Origin: Perna viridis
Lineage: Eukaryota
Assembly (NCBI GenBank): GCA_037379345.1
Contig: CM074515.1
Coordinates: forward strand, 47,807,743 to 47,871,742
Direction of reading: 5' to 3'
DNA length: 64,000 nt
Each line of letters starts with the position of its first letter. Within the stretch, counting starts at the first letter, position 1. Below, piece after piece: positions 1 through 15,100 of the stretch. Below the pieces are notes generated by a model, which saw nothing but the letters and a program-made list of their open reading frames with translations, ran no database searches and was not told where the DNA came from. A program made the position numbers and the translations under genes.

Positions 1-140
1 TCATGTACATTTGTACATTTTTTTACAAGTTTCACTTTATAGAATAGTATAGTGTTTCTGGTGTCTTTATGATAATATATAGTTTTCCTTTTGATACAAT
101 GCTTGGGCTGGATTTAATGTATCCAATTGTGTAATTTTAG

Positions 141-3100
141 ACGTACTCCAAGGACAAAGAGTGATGCAGATGGTGTTAGGAAGAGTAGACGATATTCTAC
201 AGGTCAGATGGGCAGAAAAATGCCCAAACAAAAAAGTATGCCATTACTTGCCCTGGCAGAGGAGCAAAAACCAGGAGCAGAGAGATATGCAGAACTCAGG
301 AATCAATCTATGCAGTAAATTAACATTCTTACCTCATTGTTATACCATGTAGAAAAGCATAGTCCTTTTATATTTAGAAGGTCTAAACTGCAGATAGATT
401 GGTGGTGTAGTGAAATCATGAAAATAAAAGAAATTTTCCTATAAAACTTAATAAACCAATACAATTTATCCAAATCATGAAATTTAATATATATATAATA
501 ATTTAGAGTCATGCAAAACTTTGTGAAATTGATAAATGCAGCATATTGACTTAACATGAGTAAATTAAGTTGGCTCATGAGGAATGTATTTCTTTGGCTA
601 TTGCTTTTAGTGAACAAGCATATAAAACATCTAATAAGAGTGTCTGTCTCTGTATGCTTGCTTAGTAAAACAAATCCAGAAAAACATGAAATACCTGCAC
701 ACTAATGAATAACTATATGCAAATGATCAGATATTCAGTCTTTTTCATGTACTTTAAGGAATAACATGTTGCCACCAGAGGTGATAGAAGATCAAATGCC
801 AGATCCAACCAGGAAGCGATATGCCAGACAAGACGATGATGATGAGCCACCAGACAAACCACTAGAAATGCCTAAAAACATACAAGTTAATGGTACAGCC
901 CAAATAAGTCCTAGAACACAGACAAGTAAGTTTCTGTCTTGGAAAAACTCTTAATTGTGAATCACAGGATACGAATTTATCAAATTTGTTACTTTATAAG
1001 AGAACCCTTGATATAAACATGGTCTTTGAGACTGCTGTTATGAATCTGTGTTTGACTGTTTTTGCATTGAACATATAAATTATATATACATTTGTATTTA
1101 CAGATCAAGTACAGTACTGAAAGTTGAGAAAAAGAAATCATTTTACCATTTTCCAAAACCTAAAATGGAATTAGTTTCTTTGTCCTTTTAGACCAACCAA
1201 ACTAAAATGGCGTTTCCCTAAATGGTTCTTAAGTACATTTAATTATTTTATTAAGCAAACTAAGAAGAATTCAGGTTAAAAGGTTTTATCAGTCAGCAAT
1301 GATGGACAAACAAAACATTTTTATGCTTGGCCTTTGTATTGTACTTGTTCTGTCACTAGTTTTGCAAACTTAAGGCAAAAGCTGCTGTTCCTCATGTGAC
1401 ATGGTGTTACGCTTTCATTTGGTCAATGTTCTGCTGTAACTCTAATGCTTATTTTATAATGCTTCAAAGCATGGCATTACAAAAAGAAATAAAGACGCCC
1501 TTTCATATTTTGAGTTTGCAAAACTTATTCCTGGTTATGTTTTTTCATGTATGAAATAATATTTTGCATTGTTTTGAATTGGTCAGTTGAAGTGAATAAT
1601 TGAGCAGATAACATTTGACATCAGCTGAACAATGTCTTTCGCATGTTTATTATTTTCTGGTGCTAAGATACTTCTTTATTACTAAATAGAGTTCTTCAGA
1701 AAAAGTACTCTCTCTCTCTATAAGAGAAAAATCTGGTTTCATTAGGTACATTTTTCAACTATTCTTTTAAAGATATAAAATGTGTGAAGGTAAAGAGAAA
1801 ATGCTGAATTCTAAAATCTTTTGACTTAGATGAGATTTTCACCCCTCAAATACATTTCATGCCTTGTGATGTCTTCAGGTAAAAATGCAGAATTATATGA
1901 AATAAGTTCAGTCAGTGATACAAGTAGACAGGATGACATTTCAGTCACTGATAGTGATATCAATAGAGGACAAGATGACCTAGTTTCAGTGACTAGTGAC
2001 CTACTTTCCATAGCAGATAGTAAAGATGACTTATTATCCGTTGCTGAAAGTAGGGATGATGTTTTTTCAATGGGAGAAAGTAAGGCAGAGGAGGATATAT
2101 TTTCGGTTGATGAGAGTGCAAAAGAAGATGACAAATCTTCTGTTCTTGATTCTGGTGGTAAGGAGTTGTCACCTCCTTGTAGACACTTCCTGCTTGATCA
2201 TGTGATACATCCTCAGTCACATGACCTTTCCAAGTTTTTTGATTGAACACATTTTATGATTGATCCTTATTTTCTTTAGGGCATATTTACCATTTTCGTG
2301 ACTTGTTAACCAGTTGTGCTTTTATTGGTGTGAACACAATTTGTGTCCCGTTTTAAATGATTGCTCTATTATTGTATATGGAAAAAAGTTTTTTTCTTTT
2401 CTGTCAAATCATATAAATGACTTAATGTCGAAAACTTACTGATAATAGGAGCAAGGTTTGAAACGGGAGTTACTGGTTGCACCAAAATCTTTGCATTTCC
2501 AACTATTTCATTTTATTTTTCATTGCAGTTTTTTTATGTTACTTTTTAACATTAAGAAAGTAGGTTGCATAGCTTCCAGAAATCCTTTAGATTACCACAT
2601 CTTAGACACTTGCTTATTAGTTTAGATATTTTCAACCTTTGTTATAGTTTTGAATATTATTTGAGTATTAAGAAAACAATTGAATTATTTAAAAGCTTGA
2701 AGTTGGGGATAACTTAAACAATTGTCAAAAAAATTTAAAGATTTCCATTTATAGCTATGCAGCTTACATCCACTTTACTGAGTTGGCTTTTTGCCTTTTT
2801 GAGTGACTCACTAACACAAGCATGGTCTGTAATGTCACAGGTATGGCTCGTACTCGCAGAGATCGCCGGGAGAGACAGCGTTCATTTTACAAAGATCAGG
2901 AGCATGAAAAAACTCGACAAAGGGTTGTCAATAGAAACGGAGATAGGTCATCTGTTGCCAGCACATCATCTACTGACACTTGTAGTAGTGATAATAATGT
3001 TCCTCCCCCGGTAGATATACCGAGGGAGACTGCTCACACTTGTTATTCACCTGCCCAAGGTGATGATAACAGACTTGGTGGTAAGGTTTTCACTAACTTT

Positions 3101-6100
3101 TCTATACTAATTAGGACATGGATTATGCAGGTGATAATAATACATTAAAAAGGTCTTATGACAGTTTAACAAAAATCATGCAGTCAAGAAAGTTAACTTT
3201 ATGGAGTGTCTTTTATTCAGAAGTAGATATCTGTTTTTTTTTTCAGTAGAACTAATATGAAATCATCTAATGTACCTTGCTTTTATTACAGTATTTTAAC
3301 ATGCAGTTTTTGGAAGGTATCTGTGGTCTTTCTGTATTCCATACTTAGTGAATTTATTATATAACCAGAAACTTTGTTGGCTTTTAAAATGTTCTTTTTA
3401 TTCAAAACAAGACATTCTTTTTCATTGCATTTCTACAATGTATAGAAAATGTCTCTTCATCACCCTGCTCAAACTGTTATGGCTAGCCTACTATAAGCTT
3501 CAACATAAAACATTTATAAAATTTTTGCTGAAATGTTTTAATTTCTGTGTCATTAACTTGAAGTTTCTCGAAATTTTGTGTATATGTTGTTGAATGCAGA
3601 ATCCTGCTGTTGAACACCTGAAACTTTTCCTCCTATATTATTTTTATATTAGAAAGTATTTTAGTTAATAATTGTGAATTATTATATATGGAATAAAAAA
3701 GAATGAGAAACTAACAATAGCTTTGGTGTAATTTAAGTCAAATTGGAAATCAAGATTCTGGGTGTTCATAATGCAGAAATTAAGTCTTATTGGTGAAAAC
3801 AGTAAATTGTGTCACATGAATTACTACAGAAGAACAAATCAGTTACTGGGAAACCTCTATTAGGATAGGATATGTTTTGAAAAAATTGATGAAAATGTTC
3901 TGTATGTTTGTTTTATGATGTACTTTTGTATTGTAGATGACGGTCGACAGAAATCCCATGGATACTCATTACAACAACAAAACGAGATTGATAGGCGTAA
4001 TAATAAAATTAACGAATCTAATAACAGTACTGAACCTAATAATAATGAAGTAAACCCTAATAGTAGTAATAGTCGATGGATGATGTACATGCAGAAAACT
4101 AAAGAGGAGGAAGAAAAACAAAAAGAACTTGAATTACAAGAAAAACTAAAGTCACAGCAACTTCCTGATGCTGATGTGTTTAAAAATCGTGGTGACAATG
4201 TTACTCATATTAAAGATGCTTTACAGACTAATGGTGGTATTCCCGTTGGAAGACCACAGGTTGATACCATACAAGCTAATATTGACAGATTTCAACAAAA
4301 ACCTGAAATTATGTCACCGAAGGATAAACAGGCTCCCTCTGGTGACCGCAGTGGACTTATTTCTAAAGCTATGGAGGGATTAAATCGACCCAGTGAAATA
4401 CAAAAACAAGTGCCTATGTCACCAGAAGTTGTCAAAACTGAAAGTGATTTACAATGGGATAAACTCCAAAGAAAAATGCATCGACCTTTAAAAATTAAAG
4501 ATTTAGATTTTACGGACTTAGCAGATGATGAAGACACTGATGTTTTTGCCCCTGCTCCATTTGCTGGTGGTCCACCTTTACCAGGTGGAGCACCACCACC
4601 CCCTCCCCCAATGCCAGGAATGGGTATTCCTCCGCCACCTCCAGGCTTTGGGCCACCCCCTCCTCCTCCTCCCCCTGGTGGGGGTGTCCCACCACCGCCA
4701 CCAATGATGGGAGGACCTGTTGTACCGGTGGTTGATCTACCTCCTCCTCCAGGAGCTACTTTGAAAAAGAAAAAGAAAACTTTAAAACTTCATTGGAAAA
4801 CTGTTCAACCTGAGATTCCACATCCATCTACTAAAGGGGATACCATATGGAAAGACCTACTTGATGTGAAAGTCGATCCAGAGAAAATTGAACATTTGTT
4901 TGAGGCTCATAAGAGTGAAATCAAGCAGAAGGTCAGTAATTTGCATGCATATGACTGTTATGTAAGCATTATATTCCTGTTGTAATCTTGACTTACAGAA
5001 AAATGAATTCTACAAATTAAATCATTGTCAGATTTAAGATTCTGAGCTATTATTTTACTATACAGTGAAGAACAGTAAAGCCCAAGTAGATAGTAAGACC
5101 TATGATATGAGATCAAATATGAAATTATTTGCTACATTTTTTCATTGGTCTATTTAACTATTTCATATACTGGTAGTTTATGTTAAGTAGTTCATTTTAG
5201 TATAGATATTTTGCAATCATCATTTTAGCAAGCTTTTTTTTCTCTGAAAATCTGTTTGAAAAACGTTTTGACACTTTTCAGCTATTTAGCTTATTTCACG
5301 TAATTCCATAGCTGTAATTTTCCCTGTTAAACATAGCTTGTTTTTATTAGTTCTAGAACTTATTGCCAAACTTTAAATGGTGTGTTCTAAATCTTCAAAG
5401 ATTCTTCATCTCCACATTTTAGTTGTATTTGATATTTGTATAATTATTGCCCATTTATGCCCCAGTGGTGGTTGGTTCAAATGTAATCTTCCTTTCTGGG
5501 TTATCAGTTCATATCTCTTCATGACATTTCAATCATGCATATACATAACTTGTTCTGTTATATGAACAATATTTCTTATGTATTAGAATGAAAAAAAAAT
5601 GTTAACTTTTATGCTGCATAATGAATTACATTCTTTATGAAAGTAAAATGTTATGCACAATTTATTCTACAATTACAGGGTACCTTGCATTCTAATTTGT
5701 TGGTTAATGAGAATTTTACTGCTTTGAAAATGGCACTGTAGTTTAATGTTTTGATGTTGTAATTTGCATGAAATCATTAAAACACAGATCATTGAATCAG
5801 AGTTATCAATAGGAATACTGTTTTTTCTGTACTTTCTACCTGGTTGGTCATCATAATCATAGAAAAAATGAAGAATTGGGGCTTTTAAACTCCTAAGTTT
5901 TTGATATCAATTATCATTTTACACATGATTTGTGTCAACAGCAAATTTAAGTATTTGAATGTCATAAGATATACATTTTGTGTTATAGGTCTACAACAAT
6001 TTTTCTGTATCTGAAATATTATTAATATCAATTAACTTCCTTATTTCTAAAGTATAGGGACTGTGTCAAAAATGTTTTAGAATAAATAGTAAATATGCAT

Positions 6101-9100
6101 GTGGGTTTGTTTCAAAGGGATTTTTTTTTACTTATTTAGTAAATGTAGATATATCAAGTACTGAACCAATAGTATTTCTACTAATATCCCTTGACCTTTG
6201 AACTGTGTTCTATTAACAGTATATTTGTTTTCTAGGTATATCAGGATGAAGAATTTATGTCTTTCTGTTCATCATGACACTTTCATCATTTACCATGTTA
6301 ATAATGAAATGATTCATTCTTTCTCTTTCATGCTGTGTGTTGCTGTCTCTGTTGGTCATGGTGCCTAATTTGCATACAATCTGTGATTGGCTATTGCATG
6401 TCTATTTTTAACATCAACAGGATGTGGTAAGGATGATGGGATATATCTATATGTAAACATGTAGTAATCTGATTGAATACATAAAACATGTACTTGTGTA
6501 CCTCTTCCTTTCCTGTTTTAAGACCCTTGTCCTTTAGTCATCTCTGTTTAATGTGTGCAGAAAGTATGAACGATTCAAATCAAAATTTTGTACCTTTCTG
6601 GTCAAAGTTATGCTTAGAATTCCATTGTATTAAGATGACCATTTAGTACTGGACTAATGGTATTTTCTTTATAAAACTGAACCCAGTTACAAAGTCTTTC
6701 CCTTGCCCTTACAAAATTCCTGTAGATTCAAACAGGCGTGGATCCAGAGATTTTGGAATGGGGGCAGTTCTAGGCTACCGTATTATTTGACGATTTTGTA
6801 CAAATTATGCACAAAAATAATAAAATTTCCCACAAAAGGGATCTGGATCTGCCTATTTCAAATCATGCTTTTTTTCCACCAACTAATAACTATTAGTATA
6901 CCTAGACAAGGATGAAGTATTGCATGTCAGATTAATAACAGAATAGTTTTTAAAGTGATAAAAAATGCATATGAATAAACTGTTTTCACCCCTCCCCATA
7001 CAGGGGCGGATCCAAGGACTGGTGCACCAGGCATACCTCCCCCCCCCCCCCCACTAAATTGGTAAGAAAAAATTTTTCACCACAAGTTTCTCACCATAAT
7101 ATTTTTTGCCTTGATTTGTACAGCATGTAATTCACCTCCCCCTCCCCCAAACTCAAATCCTAGATCCGCCCCTGCCATGTTTAATTAACTACCTTTCCCC
7201 TATATCTTGCTTCAGCTTGCTTAGCTTTCAACATTAAACCTAATACAAATTTGCACATACACTACACCACTTCTTCAATAGTTACTGAAAAACATTTACA
7301 CATAACCAGTAGTTGAGCTTAGTATTAATTACTGTCAAAGGGGTACCAATTTTTGTGGTTTTTGTAGGTAGGCCAAAGCATGAAATTTGGTTCCCACCAA
7401 AAAGGAGAATATTATTGATGTTTATACTGAAAACCTCAAAAGCACAAATTTAAGAATCCTCATAGTATGCTCAAAAAAAAAGAATTACATGCATATATAC
7501 ATAATAGGATGCTGGTATACTATTGTCAGATAGTTATATACAATCTGTAGGCATCACCACTCTAATATCAAAGTTACAGACAATCATAATATTGAAATTA
7601 CATACAATCTGTAGGCATCACGACACTTAATTTCAAATTTCATACAACCAATTCAATTCTTTTTCATTTTTTTTTTTAAATTTTGTATTTATTTTTTTCC
7701 TATAACTGTCCTGTAGTATGCCATATCATAAATACCAAAACTTAATACATCAGTTATCAGTGAAAATGTTTGGATGACTGTTAAGGGTTAAAATTGTCCC
7801 CTTAAATGCAATTTACAGAAATGTTGAGCACAAAGGACTGTTTAGTTAGAGATAGGAGATGACCATGAGACAACGACTTAGATATGAAAACACAAATATA
7901 GCAACAGAGCTTTGTTTAGCGTTCAGTGCTGGGAAAATTTATATGGATTGACATGCTTTACAGATATTTTCGCTATATTCACATGGTTTTGGGAATAGGG
8001 AAAATAAAGGCTGACAAATTTGTCCAGATATTTTACATATAATTTCTATTCCTTAAAATCTGAAGATGCAAAAAATAATGACTGCAAAGTTAGTACACCT
8101 TTTCATTGAGCAATTTGTGAAATCTGGCACCCACTTAAATTACTGGCTATAAGTATTGTTTTAAAAGAATTGGACTACTTGCACAATTGAAAAATGTTTT
8201 CTTAAAATTAATTGAAATCAAACTTCACATGTAATAAGCATGATTTTAATTAAAGATTTACAAATACTTCTTACAAAAAAATTGCTCAAAATATAATCAT
8301 GCAAAATACATTTGAAACACATGTGAACATGTCTATATCATGTACACTACTAGTTCATATATCATAGTTTTACCTCATGTGAACACGTTTATACTGTGTA
8401 CACTACAAGTTCATATACTGTAGTTGTACTTGATGTGAACATGTTAATACTGTGTACGCTATTAGTTTGTATACTGTTTACACTATTAAGTTCATATACT
8501 GTAGTTGTACTTCATGAGAATATGTTTATACAATATACACTACTACTGGTATTTCATATACTGTAGTAGTACCTCATGTGAACATGTGTATACCGTGTAC
8601 ACTACTAGTTCACATACTGTAGTAGTACCTCATGTGAACATGTGTATACCTTGTACACTACTAGTTCATATACTGTAGTTGTACTTGGTGTGAACATATT
8701 TATACTATGTACACTACTACCGGTATTTCATATTCTGTAGTTGTACTTCATGTGAACGTGTGTATACCTTGTACACTACTAGTTAATATACTGTAGTTGT
8801 ACTTAATGTGAACATGTTTATACTGTGAACACTAATAGTTCATATACTGTAGTTGTACCTCATGTTAACATATTTATACTATGTACCCTACTACTCGTAT
8901 TTCATATACTGTAGTTGTACTTCATGTGAACATGTGTATACCTTGTACACTACTAGTTCATATACTGTAATTGTACTTCATGTGAACATGTTTATACCAT
9001 GTACACTACTAGTTCTTAAAGTGTAGTTGTACTTCATATGAACATATGTATACCGTGTACACTAGTAAGTTCATATACTGTAGTTTTACTTAATGTGAAC

Positions 9101-12100
9101 ATATTTATACTGTGTACACTACTAGTTCTTAAAGTGTAGTTGTATTTCTTATGAACATGTTTATACTGTGTATACGACTAGTTCGTATATTTTAGTTGTA
9201 CTTATTTCTGGGTGTATTTATTTTAGCGATTTTCTTAATCAGTAATTGCTCATGAAAACAAATATCGAGGTCAATCCATATTATCCCTTTATGGTGTGTG
9301 GTAATTTTCCACGCTATGCTAACTTAAGTTCTGCCAAATATGTTTGAAAACCAAAAATTGTGAAAACAAGTACAATTACAATAGTTTCACAGTTTAAGCT
9401 AAGAAGTTATAAAATATCCTCTTTTGTAACTATCTGATCTCACATTCTACAGCAAATTCCATCTACATTAAAACTCTTATCTCCAGACAATACATGAAAA
9501 TTACATTTACTTGCAGAAAACTGATGCTGCTGGTAAGAAGGAAATCAATGTCCTTGACCCCAAGAGGTCAAATGCCATAAACATTGGTTTAACAGTTCTA
9601 CCTCCTCCAAGGACCATCAAAGCAGGAATCCTTAAAATGGACAATTCCATTATGAACAAAGAGGGTATTGAGGTAAGGCAATAATGGGACTGGTTTGTTC
9701 AGCTGATGACAGGAGAGATAACTCGTTCTTTTCCATTGTCTTTTTCAATAGACAAAGAAATTGATCTTTCTTAGGGAGATAACATTCTGACTCCTTTCAT
9801 CAAGGGTTGTGTGTTGATAATGGTACATATAAATGAACAATAATGGAGTAAAAACATATCTTATACAAGTTTGAGGTAAATGCTTCTTAGCTTATTCCCT
9901 AAGATGAAGTGTTTTCAACAATATCGACTGGTTCTAGTCATAATGATTTACTTCTTGAAAAAAACCACTGAAATGTGGTCATAAATTAGGTTCATATTTT
10001 CATTGCTAGCTTGTAACAACCCATTTTGAACAGATGTCTTGAAGACTAACTATAGAATTTACATGTTTGCTGTCAGGTTTGCTGTTGCTAAATTTAAAAT
10101 CTTTATAACCACCCATCAGATATTTTTTTTCAAGTTCAAGGGTGTATCTGATTATTATGTAATTAGCAAAAATTGTAGTAGAATGAACTGTATGCTGATG
10201 TTAATTTTACATTTTCCCACAGAAAATCCTGACCTCAATGATACCAACAGAAGAAGAGAAGAGTAAGATATTAGAGGCCCAGATGGCTAATCCAGATATC
10301 CCCCTGGGTACTGCTGAACAGTTTCTTCTTACTTTGTCATCTATCAGTGAACTCCATTCTAGATTGTCTTTATGGCTATTCAAGTTAGACTATGAAGTCA
10401 TTGAGTCAGTGAGTATACATCTTCAGAAGGATAATAATGAATAGATTTCCATTTCTCTAAAAAGTTCTTGTTCTAAGATCTTTGTAAGTAAATACAAAAG
10501 CAGAACGGATTTGCATCTGGAACATTTGAATCTTATTAGTATTAGATATGAATAATAGGATAATTAATTGGAAAAAATGAATAACCAAGATATGATCATG
10601 AGTTTTAAAGAACACCTAGATTTAACAAGTGTGTGGAACTTTTTCCATGGGTTCTCGGGACAAGCCTTCATATTTTTGGTATTCATGATAACCAGTTGAT
10701 CATCCTATTTATTATAGAGATTTCCTCCATTATTCGTTGCTATTTATAACATATTTTTTTTAATTTTGTGTATGGTGGATTGATACGATATGTTGTGATG
10801 TTTAGTGACCTTTCTGCGGGAGAAAGTTTGGGGGTGTAATTACAGAATTTATCCAAAAAAAATTTCACTAGGAACAGTCGGTAAATCACTGTAATCTATA
10901 TGTTTAAAAGGAAATAAAAATGCAATAAAGTACTGCAAAATACATCTTATACATATATCTGTATTTATCATCAGTAAGGAACCATTTTCATACTTAAACT
11001 TTCAGTGTAAGAACAAGAAAAATGGTAAAGTGAAGATATCCTTTAATACTCTGTTGATTGCTTTTTTATTTGTTTATAATATCAATGCTGTTTATGTTGG
11101 CAACTTATTTCTAGCAATATTCATTAAGCCAAGAAAGCAAAATTTTAGAAACAGCAATAGTTATAACCATAAAAAGAAATCTAATTGATTTTTTAAAAAA
11201 AAGATATTAAAAGGTATGTTGCCCTCGTTATTTCAGGAAGTTGCTGAACCACTGAGTGACTTGAAGAAAGGAATCGATCAACTTAGAAATAATAAAACTT
11301 TTAAATGTATCATCTCTGTAATATTAACCATTGGAAACTTTTTAAATGGAGCTTCAGTAAGTTTCTTATTATTAAAATTTAGAAAATGATTCAACTGAAG
11401 GTTTAAAATGGAAACCAAAATACAATTCATCTTTTGAAACAAAACCACAGGTTGAAGGCATTGTTTTAAGCAGGTGGTTGATGTTATGCAGGTTCAAATT
11501 ATATTGGAGCTGATATGTAAGAATTTCAGTAGATACCTGAGATGTCTGCTTTAGACAGGTTTTTATGTCTATGCAGGTCCGAGTTAAGACAGGTTTCACT
11601 AATCACAAAATGTTAAGAAGCATAACCTAATGCTATAAGAAAAGTCATCCATTCAAAAAGAAGAAAGTACTGTTAAAATCTTCAGACTATACAGCTAAAT
11701 GTGCATTAATGTGTGCAACTATGTTTTGTTTTGAAACATATTATAATCGTGTTTATCATATGTAAATTGAAGCATATGATAGCATATCTTGCTTGCTTCA
11801 TATGATTATCATATGTTCCAAACCATATGATTCTCATATGTATATTCTCTGCTTTAAGTTCAATTATTGTTCATATAAAAATGACAACACTGGGTTTATG
11901 AATGTTAATTTTTTTCATATAAAATAACATAACAAAAGTTCAAATTCAATGTTGTGTGCAAAGCTTTGTTATGTACCATCTGTATTATAAAAGATTTTTA
12001 AAGATGAACTTTAAATTATGTATTTCCTTTACTTACAGGCCAGAGGTTTCAGCATTGAATATTTACAAAAAGTGCCAGAAGTTAAAGACACTGTACATAA

Positions 12101-15100
12101 ACATTCATTACTTCATCATTTGTGTAGTATAATCATTGAACAGTTCCCAGATACCTCAGATTTATATTCTGATATCGGTACATTAGCTAGATGTTCACGG
12201 GTAAGATAACTGCTAGGCTGGTTAATGCCAACATGATCAACCAGATTTGGATTAATTAATGACTGCCAATTATCACAAATCTGATTGAACTATTTACTTC
12301 AAGTGAGAGTTTGTATTTTTGTGTTATTGATATTTTAAATTTTATAAATGTCAACCATCTGAAAAAATTCCTTAAAACAGAAATCTTATTTTCAGATTTT
12401 GTCTTGAGTTATTTTTTATCATGTAAAGAAAAGTTTAACTAACACTATAAAAGAGAGGAAAAAAAGAAAATAGTTTAAATCGATTCAAAAAGAGACACTT
12501 TACATATTATCTTATGCAGGTTGATTGGGACGAGCTTAATAACAAATTGTGTAAATTAGAGAATGATTGTAAGGCCTCATGGGATCATTTACGTGCAATA
12601 GCCAAACATGACGGAAGCTCAAGTTCTAGTATCAAGTCTAAGTAAGTAACATGTAATCTGGTTCTTTACTCTCTAAAATTAAAATTTTTTCAGTGCATTA
12701 AAACCAAAGTCAGTATATACATAGTCCTTAGCTAAATCTTGAATCCTTTTGATTTTCAAGATCAGAGTGTCCATCTTTTAAATAGGCAAGAGGATGTTAT
12801 ACTCTCGATCATCCTTATTTTATCCTACTAGATGAAGTTCTTTAACACTGATGAGACTGGAAACAAATACTCTTATAAGCAGATATGTAACCTCCACAAT
12901 GATTAGCATATCATGCTTTCTTCATCTGATTCTCATATGAATTTTATTGATTTTAGGAGAGATTTTTGTTTCTTGCTGATAATTTGGTGATTGTATTTCA
13001 AATCTGACCTTATTTTACCTAGGTTTAGTGCAAGCAGGTTTGTATAACATCCATCAGAATTGCACATCAACATGCAGCATTAATTTCAAATATTTATTCA
13101 TTTTGATGTTATGATTCATATCAATTTTTTAATGAATTATTGTTATTTATGTTTTATATTTGAGATAAATCTTAAAGGTTGGAACCTGAGGGGACAAATG
13201 ATGGGAGTTTTACTTTGCTTTAGGTTTGATATTTGGTCTAAAAAATAAAATACAGTCAAACCTGTCTTACTGACCACCTGTATTCAGCAATAACCTGTCT
13301 TAAGAGAACAAGTATCCTTGTGTAGTGCATCGTTTGTAAAAAATTACCTGTCTGTAATGACCACCTGTATTCAGCATTAACCTGTCTTAAGAGAACATGT
13401 ATCCTTGTGTGGTGCATTCTTTGTAAAATTTACCTGTGTATAATGACCACCTGCCTTATGTTGCCACAATACTGATTTCCCTTGGAAGGTCAGTGAAGAT
13501 AGCTTTGACTGTAACTGTCATTAATGTGGTAGATGAAATGGTTAATTTTATGCTTTCTTGTTACTGCTTAAATGATGCAATATATAATGGGGAAATTGGT
13601 AAAAGATAATAATTCTCAAAGAGGCACTTCTAAGCTTTAAAAATTTATAATGTCACTCAGTCCTGCTTACAAAGCTTACAATCAATCTTAAAACATTATT
13701 CTGTACTTAGATGGTAAACTATATTTATTTTATGATCTTTCTTACATGTTTGATGATGTTTGTTTAGTTTGATGTTTTTATCATGGTTGGTGTTGGTCAA
13801 TCACATAGTACCATTATTAAAGGTTGCAAGGTACATCCAAGAAATCAATTTCATTGCAATGTTGAGAAGCATCATCCACAGAACTAAGTTTAAATCAATT
13901 AACTGGTCAATTCAATAATTATATGTCCATCTTCTCACTGTCTGGAAAAAATAACAGGTTTGTTAGCCTTTCAAAGTTAATTTCATCCTCATATTTCAGT
14001 TTTTAGACTGTTCCTGTTCATTGTTTACATTTGGACTTAAGCCTGTAATATTTAAGCTTGAAAATTTATCATTTTATTACTATAATATTTTCAGGTTATC
14101 AGAATTCTTAGCAGATGCTGCAGAAAGAATAATGATACTTAAAATTGTACATAGAAGAGTATGCCACAGGTAGGTCAACTTCAAAGTAGTGAAGAAATTA
14201 TGTTGGTACATGTATCTCTGCTGTAAACAGTATAAATAAATAGGATTGAAATTGCAAATTTATAAACTTAATTAGTACTTTAATGGCATGAATATTTAGA
14301 GTATTACATAAAGTAATTGCTAACACTTAATTTTCAGTGTTTTACAATAGTGTCCTGACAATGTTAATTTTTATTTGTTTTTGACTCACACAAGTTTTTT
14401 GCTTCAACACCATAATGATTAATATTCACAGTAACTTAACTATACACAAATATATTTCTTACAGATATACCAAATTATTATTGTGGATGGGATTACCCGT
14501 TCATACAGTCAAAGATCTCAAAATAAATGCCTTCTGTAAAATTGTCAGTGAATTTGCACTTGAGTATCGTACAACAAGGGAGAAGGTTATACAGCAACTT
14601 CAGAAACGAGCCAATCAGAGGGAACGAAAAAAGACAAGAGGCAAAATGATAGTAGATGTAAGTCATCTTATTGTTGATTACTAGGTTCAGTTATAGATTT
14701 ACAAAAAGTTGTTAATGTAAATTTGAGCTTAAGTAATGGTGTAATTATGGTAAAAAGCATTGTGACATAATAGATTATATAAGTGCTTTTATGCTGACAA
14801 TATATTGTGATGTTGACCACACATCTTTGTCACAAATTTTATCCTTAATATCTTAAAGATGACTTGTACATACTGATCAATGAATATAGTTGAAATTATG
14901 AATTACTGAATTACATAAAATACAAAATATCAAATGTCTTTGGAAATTTAATAGAAACTGTCACAGTATTTTTATGATATTTTTCTTTTTTTTTAATTTT
15001 GAATTTTTTTATTATTACATGATGGAAATGTCAATAAAGTTGTTTCTGAATGTGGATATATAAGATTTATGCTTACTTTACTTCCAGACTGAAAAATTTG

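Noticed and set aside
6220-6262. Other AG/GT pairs near 6219-6235 as microexons
   Set aside because: The 16-nt version shifts the frame and the alternatives lack a good donor.
8320-9202. Regular array that could be mistaken for CRISPR
   Set aside because: Contiguous tandem units with no unique spacers, in a eukaryotic intron, with no cas genes.
12848-12870. CTGATGAG...GAAA hammerhead-like core
   Set aside because: No stem II or stem III pairing can be formed.
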